A stretch of 64,000 nt of DNA from Octopus vulgaris (lineage: Eukaryota), in the NCBI GenBank assembly GCA_951406725.2, contig OX597822.1, positions 64,852,001 through 64,916,000 on the forward strand, given 5' to 3'. The position numbers and the translations under genes were made by a program. Numbering within the stretch: position 1 is the stretch's first letter; each line of letters starts with the position of its first letter. The notes under the pieces are model-generated. The model was not told the DNA's origin. It ran no database searches and saw only the letters and a program-made list of their open reading frames with translations. This document shows, piece after piece, positions 23,896 to 36,835 of the stretch.

Positions 23896-25995
23896 ATTAT
23901 TATTATTATTCAGGTCACTGCCTGGAATCGAACTCGGAATCTTGGGGTTAGTAGCCTGCGCTCTTAACCAATATGCCATATAGAACATGTCGAGAAGGGT
24001 TAAGATTATGGGAAGTAGAATTGAGGAAGGCGTTTAGAACGAGTTTTGCGAGGATCAGACATGATGGAGAAGTCGTATAGAAGCAGATTCTGCAGTTAAT
24101 ATATGAACTGTATTATCGAAAAAAATACTGTTGACGATCCAGAGGATCAAACCCTCTCCAGCATCTGTGTGCTAGTATGCTAGATATGGGCATTATATAA
24201 ACCCTCTTCTATATCTGTGAAGTAGCATCCTATTTTGAAATCCGTACTAACTAAACTCCCATTAATACATAGACTTGTGTCTTCTTTTGATATCATTATT
24301 ACATATGCTCTCCCAAACATCTGAATTAGTACCTTCACTTCATTAAACAAGGCAATCTGTCTAATCCTTTTTCGATCTCAGCAGGCCATTTCTAGAGTCA
24401 GGGTCGGGGCTACCGCGCACCTTTTCTATGAAAAGCACTACAATAAATGTTTCTTCACCTGAAAGTCTCTCCCCATGTATTTACGGACTTGTGTCTTAAA
24501 GATCAAGACTACATAAGCTCTTATCAACATCTGTGATTATGATGCGTATTATATCAGAGTTACTAGTTTGAACATTAAAATAGCCAGGAAAAAGACGGTC
24601 ACGAATGGAACACTTTTGGTCTTATATCTGAGTATTGTTTGACTGATGACCTATTACTAAGCAACAACCACAATGCAATGCACCTTAGGTTTGTATCTAG
24701 CCCAAGGTTAATGATTTGCTCACAAGGTCATTGACCAACTTCCTTTTCATCTGTACTGATCCCTTCACACATTCCCCAGAGACAGTGTTAACCTTTCGTC
24801 TTCATATTTCTATTATCTCGACTAGATTTATTAGTTCAAGCCTCCAGTCCAGACAGACTGGCAATAATACTGGACATTGGTTTTACCACTGACCAACTAT
24901 CAATAATATTATAAAAAAGAAAAAAAATTCCAGGTCATACAACACGCTCCTCTTCTCATACCCACACAATGTCCATTGGTGATTCCAGTGTCCACTGGTC
25001 AGTATACATACTGTAAATCACAATGACCACGCGTCACATGCTGTCAAACCAACGGCCTGCAAGTGATTGCCACTGTTCATTATAAAATTGGTAAATCCAG
25101 TGTCCAGTGGCAGCAGACTGACTCACACTAAATCAAAATAATAATTTCGGTGGCGGGAGATATGGCTTCTACTTGCTGTCAAGCTAACTGGCTGCAACTG
25201 ATTGCCACTGTCCACTGGGCAATGCTACGTACGGCCTGGCTTTATACGAGCACTGTAACCAGTGGATTACATTCACCAAGGTATGATGAAACTATAAAGA
25301 TTTTAAAATGTAAAGGATACATAAACGCATATATGCATATAAACACATAAATGCACACACGAGGCAAATAAATAAACACGCCAAAAGAAACACATATAGA
25401 CATTGAAACAGAGACGCATACAGAAATGTACACATACGCAAATACGCAAGTACATACGCAAGCGCTTTAAAATATTCCTACAACAGATACATACACAGAC
25501 ACACACAAATGTCACTGAGGTATCTCTTTTGATCTTTAAGAATTTTAGATTTAGAAGTAATTTTGTTGCTATGCCGACAATAGAAAATAAAGGCCAATAG
25601 CTGTGGAAGTTTCTTCAAGAATATTGAAAGCCTGACCTGCAGTTCACGTGATTTAATTCGATATGCTGCAATTTCCTTGTCAGCAGATCTTCAGATGCGA
25701 TCAAAGAATTGCTTGTAAAGAGGTGGAAATAAATAATGGTGCATCTACACGAAATTATAGTTTCATCAATGGGAGTCTGTTTTCTTTGCAACTAAATAGA
25801 CATGTTGCTGTTATCAGGCATGTTGCTTGCAGGCTTTCAACTAATATTTATGGGTTTTTACATACATGCATACGTATATACACACACGCATGTATGTATG
25901 TATGCATGTATGTATGTATATACACATATATTTACGAATACATGTATATATATCCAACTGTTTACATATATGTATATATGTTTATATATGTATGT

Positions 25996-26043
<48 letters not shown>

Positions 26044-27589
26044 GCACGCATACATATATACATGTATATATAATTCTGTATGTGTATCTAGACATGTACA
26101 CAGGTCGGGTTGTCAGCCATAGTGCCTAGTGTCTACAGAAAACGTACACACAAGTTATACGTATTCATAGACATATTCATATGTATGTATGTATAAATGT
26201 TTGAATGCATGTATGTATTTTATGTATGTATATGTATACACACACACACATGTTTGCATAGATTGTTGAAGTATGTATAAGAGTACATGATCTATGTATG
26301 GAACTGAGTTTTTTGTTGTACATAGGTATTTGATATATTTTTAAATTTTGTAGTGTATAACTGTATTATTTTATTTGTGTGTTCTTTCATTCAATTATTC
26401 TTATATTGATTTCAGTCACAAGAGTACGGCCAGGTTGGTATACCAGCTTCTAAGGTTAGTTTCTTTCGATATAGTTTAAATTCAATTATATTTGTATTAC
26501 AATTTATGAATAATACGGTCGTTAGTTAATTGCCTTTTAGCAGTAAATTTGACGACTAATTGAACGATATCACGAGATGCTGCTATGGTTGCTCTATACA
26601 TCTCCACATTGGAAGGATACAATCCACTAAGGCTCTAAGGCCACGAGGTTCTGTTTGGTTGTTGTTTATAGAATTTACCTATGTATATAATTTAAGTAGT
26701 TGCATGATAGCTATAGAGTAACTTTATCTAGGTAAGAATAGTTGACATTCACATTATTAGTGTTAAAAAATTGTTCTGTGTTTGTACATAGGTAAAAGAA
26801 ATTTTGTCTTACTAAAGAACAAGGCCACATTTATATTGTGAGGCTGATAAAACCAGATTACTTCCCGCTTCCCAGTTCTCCTGCTGTGTGAATTTCTCTA
26901 TTACGCTAATACATGTTATAGAGAAAGCGTATTTGAAAGGAGGCAATACTGATGGAAATGTCTCGTCTGAAGACAGATGAGAAACTCCCCTGCACATGCC
27001 TGCTGTATGATTTTTCATTGTAGTTGGACGTTCATTGGAATTCCTGTGTATATATACCGTTTACTCGTTCGTATTTTTGTAGGGTAGTACAAGTATGTAT
27101 ATAAATATAATGTTATGTATAAAAAGTTACATAGTGATATACTTCTATCATGTCCTTTTAAAATATATCTTACACATAACCTTTCCCGTTATACCTGATT
27201 GTTAAGCTGTCATCCCTACACAATCCTGAATTTCAGTAGACACTCTTTCTGAAGGTATCCTAGGTACCCACAAAGTGTGCTAGAAGCCAGGAAAATATGT
27301 CAGCCATTTCCCCATCCACATATCGAACAGATAGTCACCGTTCTGCTTCTGTATAAGTCATCTTCGTATAATGGCAACATGATAGTGTGTGTTATTCTAT
27401 TGTCAAGATCGATAATGATGGAATTGCATGGTAGAAATGATTTGGAAACAGTTGGATAGATGTTTACTTTGTAGAAATGAGTGAATCGATGAAGCAACGT
27501 AGAGTGAAGTGCTTTGCTAAAGAGCCCAACGTGTCGCCCGGTACACGAATCGAACCAACAATCTTTTGATCACGAGTCCAACATCTTAA

Positions 27590-28200
27590 TATTGGTTCAA
27601 AATTTTGGTAAAGACCAGCAATTTTGGGGAGGGCATAAGACAATTGTATCGATCCCAACGCTCAACTGTATTTATTTTATCGACCCAGAAAAAAATGAAA
27701 TGCAATGTCGATCACAGTGGAATTTGAACTCAGAATGAGAAAACAGACGAAATCTCGCTAAGCGTTTTGTGCGGTGTTGCGAACGTTTCATATTTCTTTA
27801 CTGCCCACCAGGGACTACACACAGAGGAGACAAACAAGGATAGACAAACGGATTAAGTCGATTATATCGACCCCAGTGCATAACTGGTACTTATTTAATC
27901 GACCCCGAAAGGATGAAAAGCAAAGTCAACCTCGGCGGAATTTGAACTCAGAACGTAGCGGCAGACGAAATACGGCTACGCATTTCGCCCGGCGTGCTAA
28001 CGTTTCTACCAGCTCACCGCTGTCAATATTGATTTCGAATTCTGGCACAAGGCCAGCAATTTCCAGAGAGATGATAAGTCGATTACACCGACCCCGGTGT
28101 TCGACTGATACTTATTAAGCTGACTCTGAAAAAATGAAAGGCATAGTTGACCTCGACTGAACTTTGAACTCAGAACATAAAGACAGGCGAAATCCTGTTA
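27590..28200 (-). mobile_element. Cluster of three family-A SINE cores
   Basis: Repeated GAAAGGATGAAA..GTCGACCTCGGCGGAATTTGAACTCAGAA-like blocks. Confidence 0.75.
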
Positions 28201-28204
28201 AATA

Positions 28205-28608
28205 GTTTACTCTTTTACTCTTTTACTTGTTTCAGTCATTTGACTGTGGCCATGCTGGAGCACCGCCTTTAGTCGAGCAAATCCACCCCAGGACTTATTC
28301 TTTGTAAGCCTAGTACTTACTCTATCGGTCTCTTTTGCCGAACCACTAAGTTATGGGGAAGTAGACACACCAGCATCGGTTGTCAAGCGATGTTGGGGGG
28401 ACAAACACAGAATCACAAACATATACACACACACATGCATATACATATATACGACGGGCTTCTTTCAGTTTCCGTCTTTCAAATCCACTCACAAGGCTTT
28501 GGTCGGCTCAAGGCTATAGCAGAAGACACTTCCCCAAGGTGCCACTCAGTGGGACTGAACCCAGAACCATGTGGTTGGTAAGCAAGCTACTTACCACACA
28601 GCCACTCC
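28205..28608 (-). mobile_element. SINE family B, full length
   Basis: From tail TTTACTCTTTTACTCTTTTAC to head CCACACAGCCACTCC. Confidence 0.9.
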
Positions 28609-28897
28609 ATACAGCCCGTTGATGCTTAACGTTTCTGCCAGCTCGCCGCCTCCATTTTAATATTGATAATTATTTTAATAATCCTCCCGCAACAGCAGCA
28701 TCAGAAGCAATAATAACTGCAATAACAACAACAACAACAACGACAATAAAAACTCTCACTAAAACCATTGAGACCTAATACATTTATCATTTGACCAAGT
28801 TCGATGTGATTACTGGTTCTTGGAAACCTGCAAGATGATAGCTGCAGGACATACAACAACAACAACAACAACAGCAACAGCAACAACAACAACAGCA

Positions 28898-28948
<51 letters not shown>

Positions 28949-29249
28949 GTCATGATATCACCACAACAACGACTGAACGATATACGCCCCACTAGCTCCC
29001 ACACTCAACTCCATCCCGCCATCGCCCGTCAAAGACATCAAATTAATTCTCAATTTTTCTATTTTACACTGAAATGTCAAAAGAGACATTTCGGAATTAA
29101 TGTCTGGTTCCCCGCCCCAGGAAGTAAAATACAGACGCTCACATATTTGCACATAAACACAAGCACACACTCATATGTATACATATGTACAGATGCATAT
29201 ATAACGTGTAAGTACATATATACGAGCATACATATATGCATATATACAT

Positions 29250-29324
<75 letters not shown>

Positions 29325-30019
29325 CAAACATACATATACCTGCATATGTACACACACACGCATATGTATAAATATGTGTGTATATGTGTGTGTATGCATA
29401 TTGCTCGTACAACACGTGCGTGTAATATCTCCGTTATGCACATACAACACACTTAGATACGCAAGCATATACAGGCTGTTAAAAATACACATATACATTG
29501 ATAGACATACATATGCACACCCACGGATATTAACGCACATTGAAACATATATATGTGTACGCACATAGATATATGTATACACATATACGCATTTACAAAC
29601 ACCGCCCCACACACACATACACACAAAGACATGACCGCACATAGACAGACGCGTGTTGATGTCCAATAAATCCGATGACGAATATTTTCATTTGCCGAGT
29701 CTTTGATGATTCTATATTCCAATCCTTGAAATGTAGCTTTGATTGGAGAAGCCAAGTATTAATCTGTTTGAGTACCTCTTTCTTTGCTTCTTCTGCTCAT
29801 ACTCATTATGTCTCTTCATATGTCTAATTTTATCGCAAGGGCGAAACCTACTAAATAAAGAGTGCATTAACAAACCTTCTACAGTTGAATGACTGACATT
29901 GCATCACTTGAAGTCTAGCCGGTATTTTTGAAAAGCTTCGATAGTCTTCCACCCAGGTGTTATCTGTTGTTTTAGTTAGTCCACATTGCTTCGTAAGCGG
30001 CATAAGGCCAGTTTCTCGC

Positions 30020-30144
30020 TTTTGAATTGCACTATCATTCTATTAACAGTAGCAAGAGGAATTTGAAGATTTTCGGCAATTTTTCGCTGGCTAAGACCAG
30101 CTTCAGATTGCCAAACAATACGATCTTTGAAAATCTGACAGTTC
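30020..30144 (-). pseudogene. Tc1 transposase N-terminal HTH remnant
   Basis: [41 protein letters not shown]. Confidence 0.7.
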
Positions 30145-30226
30145 TGCTGAATTATTTTGTGCGTGTCACGGTTTCTCTTCGCAAATGTTTAATATAATGG
30201 CACCTGGAATGAAAAAAGAATAACTA

Positions 30227-30606
30227 CACTTGCGTCAGAAATTAATTAGCACTTCTCAAATTTCTACATTAAATAGGTTAAATCAATTAACCTATGAGCT
30301 GTTCAAAACGTCTTACGCGATGAGAAAACTTAGTATGGTGTGATTTCGGTCCTTGCGAGGCGCTACCTATATCTATTAAACAAAGGAAGATTTGTCTGCA
30401 TCCGCACTCCAAGTTGTTGTTGCACTGCTATGTCAACATCATAAGGCTGTAGACTCTCAAACCGCTCTGCAAACAAAGTTACGTCATCGTTCTGCGCAAC
30501 AGTGAACTCGCAACAAAGCAATAGTTCGAGATTTGGCCACTAGGTGACAGCACATACCTTGAGTGAAGAGCAAATCAAGGGTGCTAATTAATTTCTGACG
30601 GTAGTG
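30227..30606. mobile_element. Tc1-like TIR pair (MITE or element 5' end)
   Basis: TA-CACTTGCGTCAGAAATTAATTAGCAC ... GTGCTAATTAATTTCTGACGGTAGTG-TA. Confidence 0.8.
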
Positions 30607-30829
30607 TACATTGTAAATTCTACACTGCTGAAAACATTAAGACGCTTAGATGAGAAATTTTGAAAAATTAAAGGTGTCTATTTACTTACTGCATGTCTGT
30701 GTATATACACATATTGTTCAAATTTACAGAAAACAAAATAAGACAGGTGTAGGAATAGCAAGCTGGTGTATTAGTTTAACGCTCGAGAGGAATATACTTA
30801 TACACACACACACATGTCTCTCTCGCCAT

Positions 30830-30879
<50 letters not shown>

Positions 30880-30981
30880 TGTTGTATTTGGGGATGGTCA
30901 TGTTGCCAGTTTAGCCAATGAAAACACACGCACTATATATTTGGTGTTCACTTACTTCAACTTTCTTTTATATAAGTTGTA

Positions 30982-31024
30982 TTTCGGCCAGAGTTCTTTA
31001 ATCACACTTCTGTGACCTCATCAG
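30982..31024 (-). ncRNA. Hammerhead core (degenerate) in the PLE 3' region
   Basis: CUGAUGA-GGUCA..UGGCC-GAAA present. Stem-I partner not evident. Confidence 0.55.
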
Positions 31025-31235
31025 TGGTCCTTTGCTTTCTTTTTTTTTTTTTGTGTCTCTCTTTACTAACGATCTGCCATATTGTATTCCGTTTGTATGT
31101 GTCTTTATTTGCGCATGCGTATATCCCTGTGTGTGTGTGTCTATATTTAATAAGTGTGTGTGTGGGAATGTGTATGGTACCTGCATAAACAGTGCCCCCT
31201 TTTTATACACGCTCGTTTAATTTACTTTTGCATCT

Positions 31236-31322
31236 GGGGCAAGTGTCTTCTGCTATAGCCCCGGGCCGACCAATGCCTTGTGAGTGGATTTGGTAGACGG
31301 AAATTAAATTAAGCCTGTCGTA

Positions 31323-31410
<88 letters not shown>

Positions 31411-31641
31411 TGTATGTGTGTGTGTTTGTGTATGTGTGTTTGTCCCCCTAGCATTGCTTGACAACCGATGCTGGTGTGTTTACGTCCCCGTCACCTAGCG
31501 GTTCGGCAAAAGAGACCGATAGAATAAGTACTGGGCTTACAAAGACTAAGTCCCGGGGTCGATTTGCTCGACTAAAGGCGGTGCTCCAGCATGGCCGCAG
31601 TCAAATGACTGAAACAAGTAAAAGAGTAAAAGAGCAAAAGA
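31236..31641 (+). mobile_element. 5'-truncated SINE family B inserted into the PLE
   Basis: Family-B body flanked by a 45-bp direct repeat (31177-31221 and 31642-31686). Confidence 0.9.
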
Positions 31642-32588
31642 GTACCTGCATAAGCAGTGCCCCCTTTTTATACACGCTCGTTTAATGTTATTTATTTTAT
31701 TCATTTGCTTTTATCTACTCACTTTTTCATTTCTTTCTGTTTTTGTACTAAATTAAATTTATTTTATTTTGTTTATGCATATAACTATTTAATTCCATTT
31801 ATTTATCTGTCTATTTTATTAGTTTCATATTATTATTAGTTTATGGGGATCTTATTCTGTCATAGGTTGTGGCGTGTTTTTGTAGGTGTGTGTGCTAGTC
31901 TTCCATTCTAGTTTTCTATAGAGGCTAGAATTATCTTCTATTATGTATGTAGCTTCCGTAATTTGTCTAGGCGTTGCGTCTGTTCTATATGTGGACAAGA
32001 TTTTAGCTTCTATGTTGCTGAGTGAGCCCCCGTGTTCCCGCTCGGCGTGCTGGTATACAACCGATGAGCTCTTCTATTCATTAACTTCCCTCCAATGCTC
32101 ATTTACCCGCTCTCCTATGCTCTATGCTGTCTCCCCTTCGTAGTCATTGTCTTGTCTCTGCACCGTCCCTCTGTACATCTTATGTTATAGACTCCATTCC
32201 TTGATTTACTGTTTGTTTGTGGGCTAAATCTACATACAATGCAGTCCCTATCAGTACAGGGAATTCTACTAAAAAGGTATGTTCTACCGAAAAATAAAGC
32301 TGAAGCAAGTGAACACGCTCCTATGCTCCATGCTGTCTCCCCTTCGTAGTCATTGTCTTGTTTCTGCACCGTCCCTCTTAGCAACATGACTATCCACAAA
32401 TACAACAATATCTGTTTCAACACACGAATTCACGTCAAGAATCTTGCAAAGCGAACATATATACGTATATATATATATATATATATAGTTAATCCAAACA
32501 TGAAAACACAAAGAGAAAACACAACAACGCGAGGACGTGGGACAAGTATAATATTATTGGACGCTCAGGAAAGATGGAAAGAAGGAGG

Positions 32589-32623
32589 GTTTAACGTTTC
32601 GAGCGGAGCTCTTCGTCAGAAAC
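32589..32623 (-). ncRNA. Minimal type-I hammerhead ribozyme
   Basis: GUUU-CUGACGA-a-GAGC(ucc)GCUC-GAAA-CG-UU-AAAC, inside a ~200-bp block between (TA)n tracts. Confidence 0.8.
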
Positions 32624-32697
32624 ATAGGAAAAAGAAAGAAGGGAAGACGGAGGAAAAAAAATCGCAAATGGTACACACGCGGTCACATTATATACAC

Positions 32698-32748
<51 letters not shown>

Positions 32749-32917
32749 AATTGAGATAAGGGTTGTAAATGCAACCCTCCATGAGATAACATATATCCAA
32801 TATATTGCTAGTGAAGTACCCAACAACGGTAATACATAAATGTTAAGAATTGCGATGCAATTAATTCATTTACTGTATTATATGGGCAAAGGTAAAATGT
32901 TTTACCACAAATTAATA

Positions 32918-33535
32918 ATACAAAATAAGAAAATGGTGAAATACATCTAAATCAATTATCAACTACCAGATAATACCCAATCACATACTTTATTAAACCA
33001 CTACATATGAACATTAAGGTCAAACATAATAATATAGAACAAAACAGTGTACGTGATACAATAAGTACAATATGTATAAGAGAATATAAATAAATATAAA
33101 TAAATATAAATATAAATATAAACTACATCGTACATGGGTGTCTCATTTTACTTATATTGGCCATGTGTGATAGGTCAATATGTAGTTATAAATCAGTAGT
33201 TGTAAATATGTAGTTGTAAATGGCTCATTTATAACTACATATTGACCTATCACACATGGCTAATATAAGTAAAATGAGACACCCATATCTGCATAGTCGA
33301 AACAGCTGTAAGATGTAGTTTATATTTATATTTATTTATATTTATTTATATTTATTTATATTCTCTTATACATATTGTACTTATTGTATCATATTACTCC
33401 CTCATGTACACTGTTTTGTTCTATATTATTATGTTTGACCTTAATGTTCATATGTAGTAGTTTAATAAAGTATGTGATTGGGTATTATCTGGTAGTTGAT
33501 AATTGATTTAGATGTATTTCTCCATTTTCTTATTT

Positions 33536-33540
<5 letters not shown>
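32918..33540. repeat. Nested inverted repeat (fold-back, PLE-derived)
   Basis: Outer arms 32918-33129 and 33312-33540; inner arms 33134-33193 and 33227-33286. Confidence 0.9.
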
Positions 33541-33589
<49 letters not shown>

Positions 33590-34121
33590 GAATAGGCAGA
33601 ATTATACGGTGTGTATAACACAACCATTCCATATACTCTTGTGAGTTTTAATAATTGCGCCTATGATGCGTATGTACAAATTCATATGATTAGAATATCC
33701 CTGAATATGTTTTGTTTCAATGCCTATGTTTGCATTTCATATCAAAATATATATTTTTATGAAGTATTTAATGGATTGAAATTTTACTGATAACCCAGAA
33801 TTTTGTCTCAAATCCAAAGTCTTCCGTAATATATATATATATATATATATATGGACGTGTGTTGTGAGTGTACATGCACAGAGAATAGTATGCACCACCG
33901 CTGGTTTTTTCAAACGAATGAAGTTAGAGAAATCAATACTTACAACAATTGCTTACCTATGACTTTCTTGTAACTCCAATTTCAAGCTGTTCTGAGGCAA
34001 ACTCTTTTCTTTAACAATAACGTTTTGATAACATTATTCATGATGAAAAAGCAGTTTAAACTGTTTATGAGTATGTATATGCAAGTATGTTCGTATTTTT
34101 ACACATTTATATGTAGAAAAA

Positions 34122-34168
34122 TAGATAAATAGATAGATAAATAGATAGATAAACAAACAAACAAACGA

Positions 34169-34238
<70 letters not shown>

Positions 34239-34560
34239 GGACAGATGGATAAATAGATTGATAGAAAGATAGAGAGATAAATAAACAGATAAATAGATGG
34301 ACGAATAGATAGATAGATTGATAGATAGGTAGATATATAGAGACATAGCCAGATAAATAGATAGATGGACAGATAGATAGAAAGATGAATAGATAGATAA
34401 ATGGGTAGATGGACAAATAGATTGATTGATAGAAATAATGATAGAAAAATAGATAGATGGGGGGATGAATGGACGGATGGCTAGATGGTTTAATTGAAAG
34501 ATAGATAGATGGATAGATAGATGGATGGATAGATAGATGGATGGATGGATGGATGGATAG
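34122..34560. repeat. Degenerate (GATA/GATG)n tract
   Basis: Direct reading. Confidence 0.95.
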
Positions 34561-35142
34561 ACGTCGTAAGAAAATGTTTTATTAAACATAAAAAGAAGCG
34601 AATTAAGTAGAAGCAGGGGAATGAGCAAAAAAGGTGGACTATCAGAAGAGAGAGAAATAATAGATGAAGAGGGAAACAAATTTACTTAGGAGAAGAGAGA
34701 AGAATAGGAAATAACCGTGACAGTGAAGGGTTCACGTGCAGTTCAAGGATATAAAAATGACAGAGAAATCTTCACCCTGGGGCCATAACAGACATCACGC
34801 ATATATGTGGTGCTGCAGCTGTGAGTTTGTTGACCGTTAGATGGCAATAGTTTGAAATAAATTGCCAGCGGTGAATGAGGAAAAGTGTTTAAACATCACC
34901 GTTAATGATGAGGGTGATAATGAAAATGATAACACTGATGGGTGGACATGGGTTGTCATGGGTGTACTGACCGTATTTGGGTATATGGTGACTGCAAAGG
35001 AGTTTCCATGGTGTTGTTGTCGTTGATGTGTGTGTGTGTATCTAGCAGAAACCAGGGAGGAGTGGAAAGTAACAGACCACTGGATCCGTCTTCATAAACT
35101 AAGTACACGCACAAACACACAAACATACACACACACACACAA

Positions 35143-35192
<50 letters not shown>

Positions 35193-35914
35193 ACAAACAT
35201 ACACACACACGCACAAACATACCCTCAAATGCACACAAACGCACACTCTCTCTCACACATACATATACACAAACGCGCGCACAAATACACACACTCTCTC
35301 TCAGAAACACATACATACACACGCGCGCGTGCTCACACACTTACGCACACACGTACTCTCTCACACACGCACACACACACACACTCTCTCACACACAAAC
35401 ACGCACACACACATAACAGCAGACGCACACACACACACACACTCTCTCTCTCTCTCACACACACACACATACACGTATATGGTCAACAGGTGAGGATCTG
35501 AAAATGCACAATATAGAAAACATGTCTTTATTGAGGACAAGGCCAAGGTGTCAACCGTACCTATAAAAGAAATCCAGGCGAGCTGATATGGAGATAGTGA
35601 TACAAATAAAAAGGATTTGACTTGATATATATCTATATCTTATTTCAAATCTTAGTGATTGAATGTTTTGCTTATAATTTTTCTTCACCATGTGATCTAG
35701 TTTTTGGCGCAAAACAAAACCAGTTGCACTGTCAGAGTTTAACGTGACGGTCGTAAATTCTAACTGGGTAGTTCACATTGAAGAGGCTCAAGGATTAAAT
35801 ATCCAAAAGCCGAAACCCGGGTGTGTGGTTGTCCTAAGCTGCATAATCTTTTGTTTCGTGCTGTTAAATATATTAATTCTTTCCGTTTTCTTCTCATACT
35901 GTTTTTCTCTGTTC

Positions 35915-36835
<921 letters not shown>

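Larger units (their letters stand above)
23262..23980 (-). mobile_element. tRNA-headed SINE-like element with (AAT)n linker and hammerhead-containing tail
   Basis: A box TGGCATATTGG and B box GAGTTCGATTCC (23911-23980), then (AAT)n, then HHR at 23317-23362. The linker is interrupted by a Dong-like insert. Confidence 0.7.
30879..32455 (-). mobile_element. 5'-truncated Penelope-like retroelement with GIY-YIG C-terminus, HHR-bearing 3' region and inverted terminal fragment
   Basis: Minus translation of 32290-31870 (frameshifted): CTDRDCIVC..NGVYNIRCTEGRC..YEGETA..IGERVNEHW..VVYQHAEREHGG..RQITEATYI..KLEW. HHR core at 30982-31024. 30879-30910 is inverted at 32380-32412. Confidence 0.8.

Noticed and set aside
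23911-23980. Functional tRNA gene (also heads at 14546 and 60895)
   Set aside because: No proper acceptor stem, and each is fused to a repeat body, so these are SINE heads.
23072-23999. piggyBac MITE suggested by TTAA|CCCTTC...GAAGGG|TTAA
   Set aside because: The inverted similarity continues ~90 bp outside the TTAA, so it is part of a larger inverted duplication.
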